Source of the DNA: Balanoglossus misakiensis
Taxonomy: Eukaryota > Animalia > Hemichordata
Length of the DNA stretch: 64,000 nt
Assembly: GCA_040954595.2 (NCBI GenBank)
Contig: CM082576.2
Coordinates: 7,071,129-7,135,128, forward strand
Direction: 5' to 3'
The position numbers and the translations under genes were made by a program. The notes beneath the pieces are model-generated. The model saw only the letters and a list, made by a program, of their open reading frames with translations, searched no databases and was not told where the DNA came from. Below, piece by piece: positions 24,223 to 37,700 of the stretch (position 1 is its first letter; every line of letters begins with the position of its first letter).

Positions 24223-26623
24223 ATGGCTGCGCCCACCGTGAACATCGAGAGATGCTTCGTCCGGGAGTTTGAATTGAACAATTCTAACGTACTGCAGATC
24301 AATCAGTTCGAAGTCGGCGACGTTGGTTGCGTAGTTTGGGACGCCGCTCTCGTTTTTGCGTCATATTTGCAAACTGAAGATTTTTTAACAAATTTCGGCA
24401 ACTTATCAGGAAAGAGCGTGGTTGAACTCGGCTCCGGGACAGGCATTGTTGGTCTCACAGCAGCTGTACTTGGGTAGGGACGCACGGGACCGTTCTTGGA
24501 TAAGAACATTTAACAGAAACATACTCATGAGCACATGTACATTACGCTACTGGTGTGCCGAAAGAGTCCGGCTACGAATATGGCAAGAGGGTCCGGCTTT
24601 GGCCTGTGGCTTTGACTGCGCTGCCTCCCCATTATTGGGTGGCGCCCGCACATAGGCTACTACAGCTTGCTGCGAGTCCGTAGCCCTACCACTTCCCCGT
24701 CTGTAGCCTATAGGCTGTTGGACGGGAAGGAAGGGCTACGGACTCGCAGTAAGGTTATGGCTAATCTTTCGGTGCATCCACATGTTCTGCAGCAACTTTG
24801 GTTGCAGATAAGCAGATCTCCATCCTTCCCCGTCGTGCCTGCTCAATCGGCTGCGTAAAGAAATACCGTAGTTTGCCGGGTAAGAGCCCCGGGTGCTGGG
24901 CCAACAGATTAGCGAAAAAACAGGGGGGGGCTTTAGCCCGGATATGGCCTCGAGATTTATGCAAATGAGGGATGGCCACCTCGACTTTTATGCAAATTTT
25001 TGAGTGGTTCATTCTCCGAGTCCAAGTCGGGATCTTCCAATGTTGGGTGTTTCGCGTCGAGGACGGACTGAAGCAGCTCCACGCGGCCGCTTTGGAAAGC
25101 TCCCCGGTGACCTCACACGCGGCAGCGCGTCCATCTACGTGATCGTTGAATTCGAGGCACGGTCCCGAGGGACCTGTCTGAGGTCATGTTTTCTAGAGCG
25201 GCTATATATAACTCAGCGTGGCCAGTCGGCCGCGGTGGGTACGATAATCAGCGCGAAAGTAAATCATCATACATTTTTTTTTTCACTTTTAGTGACTTTG
25301 GGGATGAAAATCCGCCTTTTTTGCATTGCACTTTATTAAATTTCCAAGAATTTAATGGATATTCGGCCGGGGGGGGGGGGGGGGGGGGCTTTAGACCGGA
25401 TATGGCCTCGATCTACAAATGGGCCCTAAAACCAGGGGGGGGCGTTTGTCCGAGCAGGGGCTCTTACCCGGCAAACTACGGTAACGTCGAATTTGCTGAC
25501 CCTTTTGCAGAGCCGATGCGTTACTAACTGACCTAGAGGATTTCGTACCCCTGTTGAAATTAAATATTAAAACGAACGAAAAATATTTCAAGGGAACGTC
25601 AAGAGCACAAACACTCAAGTGGTAAGTTAAAGCTATCAGAACACGTACAGAGCATGATTGGCCGTATCTTGGAAGGAACTCACTCGATTAGAAATATCTT
25701 TGTTGCACCGATTTACACTTTCAACTCCAGGAACTTGTTTAAGCCCCCGCCCCCTATTCTATGATAAAGTGGACAACTTCAATGTTGCCAATTTACAAAG
25801 AAATGTTGCAAACTTTGGTTGTGGTCTCAAATGATTGGTTTATTCGTTGCAGGGGTGAGGATCCCTGTGAGCTTGCTCCTCCCGATTTCCTGTTTATATC
25901 AGACTGTATCTACTATGATCAGGTAGGCCTAAATGCATCTCTAAATGTTATTGGTGGACGAGACTTTGAACAAGCACAATTTCATGATTACAACAGTTAT
26001 TGCCGCATGTAAACGACATGTCAATTCCTGTTTCAGTCGGTGGAGCCCCTTGTGGAGACAATGAGAGCCCTCAGTGACCAACACACCAATGTTATCATGT
26101 CATATGAGAAAAGGACTTCGGAAAGAAAACTGGAACTGGAAAGAAAGTTCTTCGGGGTGAGAACTTAGAGTGTTGGCATCTCAGTTGTACTTGATTGTAT
26201 TAGGTTGATGCAAAACTAAAGCATTTCGACAGTCACTCAGAACATGCAAGCTTATAGAACTTGAAACTAAGACTCATGATTATTTTTATGTAGTGGTGCA
26301 ACGTCAAACCATTGGTATTCACCCGTGTAGGTCAGCAGTGCAGTTTATTTTTCTTTTCTTTCTGCGATTTCCTGAATTTGAGAACAGGGGCTCTTGTGAC
26401 GAGACAATCGACTGCAACAGATTTTTTCTTCATAGTTAACCTCTTATGCCTGTCCAGCCTTCTCAAGCAAAACACTGAAGTTCTGTCACTACAGATTTCA
26501 TATTCCACGTTTCTTTGTCAGCTTGTTGGGCAAGACTTCAACATTGAGAGAATTGGTCTAGAGAGACACGACGAAGTATTCCGAAGTGAGGACATCCACC
26601 TGGTGCACATGGTGAAAAGATGA
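24223..26623 (+). CDS. VCPKMT: Protein-lysine N-methyltransferase METTL21D / VCP-KMT (5 exons)
   Basis: Exons 24223-24473, 25511-25621, 25853-25922, 26037-26156, 26522-26623. Spliced: GDVGCVVWDAALV, VVELGSGTG (SAM motif I), ADALLTDLEDFVPLLKLNI, ISDCIYY, SYEKRT, HDEVFRSEDIH. Confidence 0.93.
24666..24753. repeat. Near-perfect ~88-bp fold-back in VCPKMT intron 1
   Basis: ctgcgagtccgtagccct (24670-87) pairs perfectly with agggctacggactcgcag (24732-49); inner cccgtc/gacggg; central palindrome agcctataggct. Confidence 0.85.
24864..25483. mobile_element. pogo/Tc1-mariner-type MITE (~616 bp) with TA duplication, in VCPKMT intron 1
   Basis: TA+ccgtagtttgccgggtaagagcccc (24864-90) and ggggctcttacccggcaaactacgg+TA (25457-83): perfect 25-bp TIR flanked by TA. 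Internal direct repeat ggggggggctttag[c/a]ccggatatggcctcga near both ends. No transposase. Confidence 0.9.
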
Positions 26624-28702
26624 CCCGCTGACATCATGCGCGGTTTGCATTCATTCATGAGGGACACACTGTGGCAGATTGTGTTCTTCAACATTCGTGT
26701 CCTTCCCCTGGATAAACAACTCATTGGAAATCAAAACGTTTATTCATAAGCACTTCTTCAAGACAGAAGATTTAACATGCACCTGGATCATCACTACAGT
26801 GCTTTGCTTCAGAAATGGAGAAAGTCAAACATTCTGATAAAAAGACCACCTCATCTCGTAATAAATTCATTGCGCGGTCAAATTTTTCAAATATGGCAGC
26901 AAGTCGGGAGTATAGCGTGATGTATGTCATCTCCATCAACTGTTGAAGATGTCATCTGCGCCCTGAAAATATGATCATACGTAGTGTATGGATGCAGAGA
27001 AAATTGTCTGTGGGCAGAACACTCATTTTATATCAGTAACAGCATCCAGTGTAACTCATCCCGTCAAACATGGGAGACTCGCACATAAGCCACACTATTT
27101 CAAAAAACGGCCACCCAGTGGAATCATCCATGTGCGGACTCCAATCTTTATTGAAATGATGATAAATCTGAGCGTGGTCATCATATCAATATGAATGAGA
27201 ACACACATCAGAGCAATAACACAGTGTGGCAATAAATAAATTCAATGCAGACAAAACTGGTCTGTTTTTGTTAAATTTATTGCTTTTTTTCAAATTCTCT
27301 TGACATTTCAGACAGTTATAATGCAACTGATTTGTAATTTTTTTGAACCATGTTACAGCATGCTGTGAAATATAACAATGCAGAAACAATATCTGGCAAA
27401 AACAAAGTGGCTTGGAAGATGTAAAATGAAATATTCATCAGGATGAAAAAGACTCGTAAATATTCAACGAGATATACAAACACTGTCAGCTGCAGCAGGC
27501 AAAAGTGAATGTACGTTCTCTATGTACATATCATGCCGACCAAGCAAAGCATCAACTTTGTCAAAGTGTTCTCAATTACATGTATGGGTAGCAATATTCA
27601 TGAGCGCACATTATACTTGAATCAGACAAAGTTGTAACATCCATGTTCATTTTATCACAACTGTTGAAAAGGTTGAAAAAAGTGTATATCAAGTTTGTCT
27701 ATGCAAAAGGCTTCAACATGGGAATCTGAAATCGGTATAAACAGACTGTGCGACATGCACAGAAAAAAAAACTTATTCACATCACCCACCCGTACATGTA
27801 TATCAAGCAGAAGTGACCATTACAGGCTTTACAGAAACTTACTTTCAAGTAACAGTTTTAACAATAATAACAAGCCACTTTATTTTGACTTCACGTCATC
27901 GTTGAGTAAAACATGGATTTCAACAGAAATGAAACTATCAGGACATACATGTAATGTGTTAATATTCAAATCCATAAAACACTTTACAAAGAACGCATGT
28001 CTTTCTCACTTTATGTACAGCTGAGGAAAACATCACAGACTTGTTTTCTGCATAGCAATCTCTATGTGCGTGCAAGGTTTCATTGGTTGTTGTATTCACC
28101 TGGGAAATAGCTATAAAAGAAACTGGGTATATGCGTATGTAGAAATTCTTAGTAAGTATCAAAATGTAAGTCCATGTGAATACACTGATAAACAAACTGG
28201 TCAGTGAAATTGTCAGGAGAGTGGAAGAGTTTCACTTCTGGAATACAAGTATTTTTTGTTCCCATTACCCACTTTGGTTCTTGTCAAATTATATTTTGGA
28301 ATGTAATCCACAATCCTACTGAGCAACTCTGAATTTGTCAACAGAAAATGGGTAAAGACTTCAAAGGTGTTGGCAGTTCACAACTTGCACATATTTGTAA
28401 AAAGATACAGAATGCTCATAAACTATCATGCAGTTCAAAACAACACTTTTTAATGAAGTCCCAGTATTTCAGATCCCATGTTTTTTCAAAACAATTGACA
28501 GAAAATGACATTGGCCATATTTTTTTTCCACAGAATCATCCTCTAATTATTAAGTTTCACATTTCAAATGTAAAATTATCATCTACAAAAACATCATGGC
28601 ATGACCTACAGGAGTTACACTTTCTGTAATTTCCAAAAAAAATTTGAAACATAATTTCTGTTTGTATAAATTACAAAAAAAAAGAAGAAAACACCTGGGA
28701 AT

Positions 28703-31700
28703 CTATCTTAGTTTGATTGTCCATTCTTTTGATATGTTGACTCCTGGTTTCCTGACGACAGCTGTTTGTGTTCTGGGATCTGTTCTTACATCTAAGCTCG
28801 CAGTGGTGCCTGAAAACAAAAAGATCAAATGTAGGCAACGGTTACAGAAACTTGAGAAAATTTCTTGTGATTTATTAGCATTTGAAACCTACTACAGTGA
28901 CAACTGCAACCTTGGGTGAATTCTACCCAGAGTCACTGTGGTTGAAACATATTAATTATTAACACGGAAACCAGAAAGATTACATAGGTTTAAATCTTAT
29001 CTGGTTGTAACTTGTGACTGCCAGCAATACAAATTAATGAGCAAGGAATACAGCTTACCGTCGTATTGAATTTCGGCATTCACTACTTGGGATTGTATAC
29101 CAATGATGACAACTTTTTCAAGCCACGACTTGGTGGTGAACTGGTGATTGTAATCTACAGGCCTAAAAAAATTCACAAACACAATGTTATAAGACGTATG
29201 AACAATTGGTCTTTGACAAGGCATCAACCTCCTCACAGTATGCAATGTCTTGAAGTGTGTGAACGTGACCATGCAATCATCCAAACATTCTGAAAATGGT
29301 GATTGGTGGCACAATCCAACCGATTTCTTGTTTTCATGGAAAATTGTAGCGGCAATATCATTTAATTGAGACAGAATAACACTCACCTGCTCATCAGCTT
29401 GTTTTGTGAAAACTCAAATTCAACAAATAGATATTTTCCATCCTTGTATTCAAATGTGTGCCCATCATCTACGTACAGTTCGCCATGTGCTTTGCCCTGT
29501 TGACACAAGACATGAAAAGTTTGATGATGAAAGATGAACTTGCATCCATACTTTATATTAAAGTGTGACCATAATGAAAATCATTTATTGGCTGATTCTA
29601 CGTATTCCTGACGAAGAACTTGGAACCTGTCACACATGTATAGAAATGCCAATAATCTCAACAGATTTCCAAGATATGTTCTGATTTAATCGAGAAAGAT
29701 GGAGAGCCCAATAGAACGCCCAGCAAATCTGTGGGAATTCTTATAAATCCGGAAAATATTGTTCCACAAGAATAAAACAAATATTCAGGACTCTTTCGTG
29801 GTTGTGGAATACGTACATCTTTGCCTACAGCGACAACCAGGGTGTACGGGTCATCTTGCATCAATGATGAACTTCGACGAACACGCTCTTTACGAGGTAC
29901 AATGGTGCCACCACGCTGGAACACTGGAATCTGCGGACAGCATAGGATATTTTAAGAGGAACTTCTACGAGAGCTTGGAGGTGACATCGACTAAACTCTA
30001 TACATGTCACGTAAACTGGTATAATGAAAATCTCTGCGTAAATTTTACAAATGATATAATGGACCAACAAGCTTTATGGATTTTCCAGGTTTTTTTTCAT
30101 GACAGATCATTGAACATCGTGAACTTTCATAAGTCTGACCAGCTTACCTTTGACAGTGGGGCATTGACACCTGTATAACGCTTACCAGTATAAACCATGT
30201 AGTTTTCTACATCATACCACGGCTGGCAAGGAAATCCAAATAACAGTATAAAATTAGTTATAAATCTTGTCTTGTTCAGGTGTACACCTGGGCTCGTAAA
30301 CACCCAACAACCAAGTTCAACCCTAGGAAGGACCACAACACATCTCACAGTCTCCTGCCATTACCTGATTTTCTCCAGGGAAGTAGACCTTGACAAAGGT
30401 GGCCGCAGGGTCTGTGACTGGTTTCACAAGTAATGCATCACCTGAAAGACAAGACCAAAAGAGTGTTACAAGGAAATGTCTCCTCCATTCACAGTTCACC
30501 ATGCTGAGGTTGACAAGACATAACATCCTTCACTGATATACTAACCTATGAGATACTGATCTTCCATGGAAAAGGTTTCTGCATCGTCAGGGAAATCCAC
30601 CCACAGAGGCCTGTAAAACAGTGATACATTTTGATAATTTAAAATTCCATGTTTTCCCAAGCAGTAAGAATTCTAGTCACTTCCACTGAAACACTGAAAC
30701 TCTGTACACTCATAGTTTGGGAAAGAACTAGATGGACACATTGTTTAGCAGACACAGAAGCTAAGTGACTCTGACTGTACCTCATAATGGGTTTGCCATC
30801 CAGCGAGGATTTGTAGAACTCTGTGTACCAGAATGGAAGGTACGTGTAACGTTCTCTCACCGCATCTCGGATTATCAACATGTTCTCCTCTGGAAGCAGC
30901 CAGGGTTCTCGTCGCTTGGTGTCCAAGTGAGCATGGGCACGGAAAAACGGTTGGAATGCACCTGCCTGGATATCGGAAATTGAAGGTGTCAGAGTGATAA
31001 GTAAAACAGTGAAATAGACGTATAACACGAAGCACACACAAATTGTATATTGTTAGTGGCAGCATTAAAACATTTGCTATGATTTTATACCTGATACCAT
31101 CTTGTCAGCAATTCTGCATCTGGGTTCTTGAAGAAGCCGCCAACATCAGCTGTTAACAACATACAAAAAAGGCCATATCATTATGTTAAAACTTAAGTTA
31201 AATCCAAGACTTTAATAAGTTTACAACCATGCCAACAAATATGAGCCTTCAACTCACCTCCTACAAACGTTATACCAGACAATCCAACAGACATCAACAT
31301 TGGTAATGACATTTTCAGATGTGACCATTCAGCAGTGTTATCACCAGTCCATATTGCACCATATCGTTGTGATCCAGCAAAGAACGCCCTTGACAAGACA
31401 AATGGTCTCTCTGTTCCTCCACTTCTCTTGATCTGACCATCACCTGTTGCCATTTGCTGCAAATGAAAAAAGAATCACTTACACTTTCAACATAATAGTG
31501 ATCACAGGTACTAACAAAATGCTAATTATATGGAGACCATTTTTGTGAACACCCAGACATGGCTGACTACAACAAGGTATCCTAAAAGGTTGGGTTACTG
31601 TTCAGAATCACAAAAGTGCAATCACTCCCTGCTTAAAGGTTTCAGCACAGACCGTGAAGTATCATCAGCACAGTAACCCAGGTCAGTTTTTGAGTCAATA

Positions 31701-34700
31701 ACACTCTACCCATCATAGTATCACAGTATGATCTGAATGAGCCAAGCTTAAACCTCACCTGGTACATGCCATAGATGTTATGTACATCTCTGTGTTCCCA
31801 GCCACCGAAATGTTTAGCGTCCTTATGCATGGTGACCTCAGGTCCATTGAACACAGATGGTTCATTCATGTCATTCCAGGTGTACAGGCTGAGAGTGGAG
31901 CCCTCGTATTGGTCCAGGGTCAGCTTATATGCCCACCAATCACGAATGGCTGGGTTGACAAAGTCCAGCCACGCTGAGGTACCTGTAAAAAGATGTATTT
32001 GGCACAAATGAAGTAGGAGAAAGGGAACCTTCTCCATATAACCATGTGATATCACTGAGGTTTCTTGAGTACGCCACTGAAATCTTCATGTGAGATTCTA
32101 GCCATGTTTAACTTCAATTTTTGGGGGTAAAATCTTTGGGGTTTTGAAATTTCATAGTCTCAGTTTTTACAGTGCTTGTACAACTCACCTGGCCAACACC
32201 ACCCTTCGTAATCATTCCCATCTTTATTCTTCACAAAATAATCTAAACTTTTCGCTTCTTTGTAAATGTGGTAATTGTCTTCCTTCTTGATGTGTGGATC
32301 GATGATGGTCACCATCTACAACCCCATAAAAACATGGCGAGTGAGTCACAGACAAAGAAATACAGACAAATATTTGATGAAAAAAGTCATCTTCTTGTTG
32401 ATATTTCACATGGAACAAACAGACAGCATGAAGTAATGCTGACCCAAAATGTCAAATTATCCAATGTTTATACGGCAGGCTAGGGTGTGAACTTTCGAAC
32501 TAAACTGATTCACAGATTATTCAAGACTCAACTGTACACCTTTTTACGCAAAGTATCATACCTTTCTGCTCTTGGCTGCCAAGTTATTCAACATATCAAC
32601 TGGAGTTGGAAATTTCGTTTTATCCCAAGTCATATATCTGCATTAGCATAACACAGAGAAAAGAAGACAATGTAAAGGATACTGACTCACATTATTCACA
32701 GCAAATATTTATTTCAACTTCTCTCCAAACTGCCAATGATGACCAAGTGTCTCAATTATGATGCAGAGGATTGACCTGATGCGCATTTATACTTTTCTTC
32801 CCTAATGAAGTCTATTTTGAAAACCTCCGGACAGTGGACTACAGGGATCATGTAGGAGGCTTACTGTTCAGAATCACAAAAGTGCAATCACTCCCTATTT
32901 AAAGGGTTCAGCACAGACCGTGAAGTATCATCAGCACAGTTAAACCCAGAGTCACAGCAGTACTTTCTTATCTACACACAGACATCATTCACATTGTAGA
33001 TTCTTCTTTGAGAACAAAGATATGGAAAACATCAAAGATCTGCAGACTTACTTTTTGCCATCTGTGTGTTCAATATCCAACCACAGAACATCATAAGGAA
33101 TATCATACTCATCAAAATTCATATCAACACTGAAAAGAAAAATAATCCAATTGATTACTCAAAAAAATTGCCAAAAATGGCATCTGGGATTTTCTTCAAG
33201 TTCATTATGGACCATAAAACAAACTTTTAAATTACCAATGCCAGGCAGGTATACGTACTTTTGGTAAACAAAATCAAGTGCAGAAATGAGCCTCAATTTA
33301 ATTACTTTACATGATGTGACTTACTTCTTAACATCTGTCTCATCATTGTAGTTCCATCTACACTGGTGGTAAGCGATGGAGAACAGCTGTACAGGAAGGA
33401 AATTGTTCCAAGTAATGTTAACAGTTGTTATGGGACTAAAATGGATAAAACAGACTATGTGTATAAATTTGTATATTTACATCTCACAAGCTCGTTTTTT
33501 TTCTGTCTTGTTCTTTGTGTAAATATTTTCAAAGTTCTTGACAAGATGGAATATACTGTGAAGTGGTGGTAGCAGAAGAGCTGGGTTCATACTCACAGGG
33601 GGTAAGGCAGTTGTTCCTGTTAAGCTGGCATACTGTTTGAAGACATTACTTGGTGTTGGTCCCAACAACACAAATACATCAATGATACCGCTCTCGGAAA
33701 CCCAACGTGTGTCTGTCTGTGGATTATCACCTCCGCCAGCAGCAAAATCCATGAGTTTACCAAAGACACTCTGCAATAGACAGTGTATATTAAAAAGATT
33801 ATTGGGATCGTAGGTTCAGCTTTTATCTGATACAGTTGTCACCCCTATATAAACTGAACATAAAACGTTTTGTGTATTTTTCATTCTGTTCATTTTGAAT
33901 CAATTAAACACCTTTCAGATAATATCAGGGGTGTAGCTTGCTGGAGATTGGTAGAACAGTTAGACAGGTGTGAATTTTTACATGAATTGCATAATGGCTC
34001 CTGGTCTAATACATTGTATGTTCACAGCTTCTCAACAAGAAAAGTAAAGTTCCAGCCCCTTACCTTGCTGGCAGTATTAGAACTGATATCAATCCAGGTC
34101 TCTGCTGCATTCAACCACAACAAACCAAGTGTTCTCTTTGCACTGTAATTAAACACATATATCAGCTCATCATCTTCATGTCACTATTCTATGGCCAAAT
34201 ACTAGAAAACTTTAAATGACAGTTGACTTTATTCGAAAATCAAAAAGGAAACAATATTGTGGACATAAATTAAAATTCAGCGATCAGTACTTACTTATGA
34301 GCCAGCATGTATGGAACAGATCCATACAGAGCCATGGGATTGTTCAGTTCATATTCAAACACATCAAGATTGTACAGACGATATGGATCAGACTCCCTGC
34401 ACAGACAGAAAGTGAAAAATATTATGGTTTCCACAAAATCATTTGCAGGAATTCGTTTCTATTGGAGAGAAATAATCACTATCCAAAGTCTTTAGTTTCA
34501 ACAGTGTACCAACATTGAACTTCTTGACATAAATCTGCCATACCAAAAAACAGGCGCGGCAAACTTACGTGGTTGTTTTCAAAGCCAAGGTATCAGCATG
34601 CTCTGGAATACCATATACGTGGTCATAATTGACAAACGAGATATCCAGTGATATTGACTCAGGGCCTACAGACAAATCAAAATGGAAAAAAAAATGTTTG

Positions 34701-37700
34701 CTAAAAAAATATATACTGGTGAAATCTTGCACTGTCAACGACGCATTTACAACCAATATTTCAAACACCAGAATTAAAACGCTTGAATTCTGCATGTTTT
34801 GAGAAGTAAAATGTCTGACTGTCACATACTTTCAATGTCCAGAAATGCCTTCACCATGTGTGGGGAATTTCCTTCATAACTGTTTCAATATACCGAGCTC
34901 TTCCAAACCGGACAAGCAAAGAGCATAATTTTGATACTAATACACTTTGATTACCGTTTGGTTTGCTGTCGTGATGAGTCTTAAACTTTTCTTCCCACAT
35001 ATCAGGATCTGCTACAGGTGCAGCCGCTTTTTCTTCCTCTTTTTTCTTTATCTCTGCCGCCAATCTGGCTTCGTCATCTTCTTCCTCCTCTCCATCATCA
35101 CCTTCAACATCCTGCCAAATCGTGTAAAATTCACTCATCATTTATAGGTGTGGTTGGTGTTCCTGCTTTCTAGCCAATCACATATTTTCTCTTGGGGCCA
35201 ACTCAAAAAAGTGCACCCCTTGTTTTAGTGTTTTTAACCCTGTTACCCCCAGTTCCCTTTATAAAGGTCCAACTTTACCATAGAAAACAAGGGCTTTGGA
35301 CCAAACCATGGTGATGAAAGGGTTAAGTTTACCTGTAGAGGGGTAGCCCTGTATACAAGTTAGACATGCTATACTCTGTATTACCAGCATGAATTACAGC
35401 TATGCTTAGATGTAGCAGGATGAAGAATTGCATGCAAAAGTAATAAGCCACTACAATTAGCCAATGAAACTTACCTCTTCATTTTCTTCATTCTCTTCTT
35501 TCTTCTCCTCCTCTACTGGAGGGTTATTTCTGCAATTTTGAAAAAAAAAGTACAATTTTTATGAAGAAAGACTGCTGTGGAGCCAGTGCTGGCCTAGGCT
35601 ATACACGATTTCCGGCAGGGTATACACACCTCCACTGCATGCAAGTCAGTGTGACCGGACCAGCAAGTGTCATCATCATTGAAAACACATTAGTGATAAT
35701 AATCAAGCATCTGAATGAACAAATGAAACATTTCTCCCTTGTAACGGTCCTGCTCACCCAAAAACAAACACAGAAGCTCACTGATGTAGTACACAGTCCT
35801 GATGTCAACAAGCCAACAGTTCATTCAGATTTTCCAGCTGAAATTTTGTTTTGTCTTTTATCATATACATGTAAAAACAACAACAACATTTGTATGAGGA
35901 TTCTTTTGCTACCTTTGATCCAGATTTGAGTAGGAAACAGAAAGAGACATTGAGGGAGCAATTATTCTGAAGTTGCAATATTTTCAAATTTCACACTCTG
36001 TGTTCCTGCATCAGTGAGCCGTTTATGGATGGATTTGAGACAGACCCCCCAACACATAGACACATCAGCTATGAGTGGAAGAGCCTAAGTGACAGCTTTC
36101 CACTCACCTTCCAGGCATAAATGTGTTAACAAGAGATGACACGGCCGAATTCAATGCGTTCCCAATTTTTGTCATCAGTCTGACCACAATAAAACGAGAA
36201 AGTAATAAAAAACAGGTTTTTAATTTTATTCTGTAAATGTCTATAAATCCTTATAGCTCCCATACAAATTAGTACTCTAAAACTACTCGATAAATTGTAC
36301 TCTCTCTATCAAACCAAATCTGTGACCTTCATGGCAAGCTCAAACAATCTACAGCCAATATTCAGACAGAAGAGATACACATGAAGTTGCAATAGATGAT
36401 TTTCCAGCTCATTGCGAGATCTCACGAGACCTGGTTGATTACAGTCTGTAGCAACATTCACTCACCTGGGCGATTTTTCTCTGATGTGTTCAAAAGACAG
36501 GAGCCCTCTAGAGTTGACACTTAATACCAGTTCATTATCCTCCATGAAATCGATTCTGAGCGGTTTGCTTGTGAGCACCACCTTGGATTTGCCACTGTCT
36601 CCAAGGCTGAACACCACTGAATTACCATCTTCCCTCTCCTTTGTCAAACTTTCAAAAACAACAGAAAATTTAATTATAATTGATCAGGGAAACAAAAAAA
36701 ACAAAACAAGAGTAGGACAATCGTACATTTACTTTTGAGGCTAAACTCAAAACATCTGCCACTTTCACTCCTGAATCAAAAGAATCAATAAATTGATCAG
36801 TACCAACCTTGTTTGCTTGGGTTCCTCTACGAGAACATCCTGAACCTTATATCTTGGTTTCAATGGCTCTACTTCATCAATCTGTATCCGCGCTATATTG
36901 TTTTCTATTGCTGTTAGTTCTAACTTCAGCGGCACATTGTTTTCAGTGTTCAACAATTTCACTTTTGCTGTGCTACTTGTAAGTTCCAAGGTGTTGAGTT
37001 GTGCTACATAAACCGACTCCCTTTCCTCTGTTTTCCTATTTCGCCTTTTGTGTGAAAGAAACAAACACAATTCAATTATTAGAAAAGATATAAAGTTTCT
37101 GTGCAAAACAAAGTGAGTGAAATGATAATGTAAAGCGAGAACTGTGATCAGCCATACAGATGGTGAATTCAAATATTGATTTAACCCCATTGTGATTTGG
37201 ACATACACGACTACTCACCTACAAAAACTACTTTGGTCACATGTTTTAAAATTTCCTCTGTCCACCGCACACACAGCAGACAAAAGAACTATGAAAAGTA
37301 TAAGAATCTTCATTGCATATCTGTATTAAAAAGAACAGGAGAGCATAATATTAACCAATCAGTTAGTCTGATATTTTCAAACACAGCTACATATTTCATA
37401 TGGTCTGTTATTGGGTATAACAGAGTTACTGGTAATACACTGCAAATGTAAATTCATCATAAACAAGATATCAATATGTTCTGATGGCGAGTTCGTTCAA
37501 TAGTATAACCCCCCTCCCCCCCTAGTTAATCAATGCAGCTATACCATCTGTCTGACTACATAATTATTTTCTGAAATTTCTGAGTGGTGAACCAGAAAAG
37601 TATGGGAGCCAATCTTCAATCTTATTCTAAAAAAAATACTTTATACCAGTGTACAAGCTATTTAGTAAGGCCACAATATCAAAACAATAATTTTGTATCA

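Noticed and set aside
25004-25527. ORFs of about 110 aa inside the intronic TIR element as a transposase
   Set aside because: No DDE or HTH motifs; they run through a G homopolymer.
29180-29315. Possible H/ACA snoRNA in a GANAB intron (one hairpin plus an ACA)
   Set aside because: No convincing H box or second hairpin by eye.
30270-30352. Minus-strand GTGAGATG...CTGA in a GANAB intron as a third snoRNA
   Set aside because: Box C is not canonical and there is no similarity to the conserved pair.
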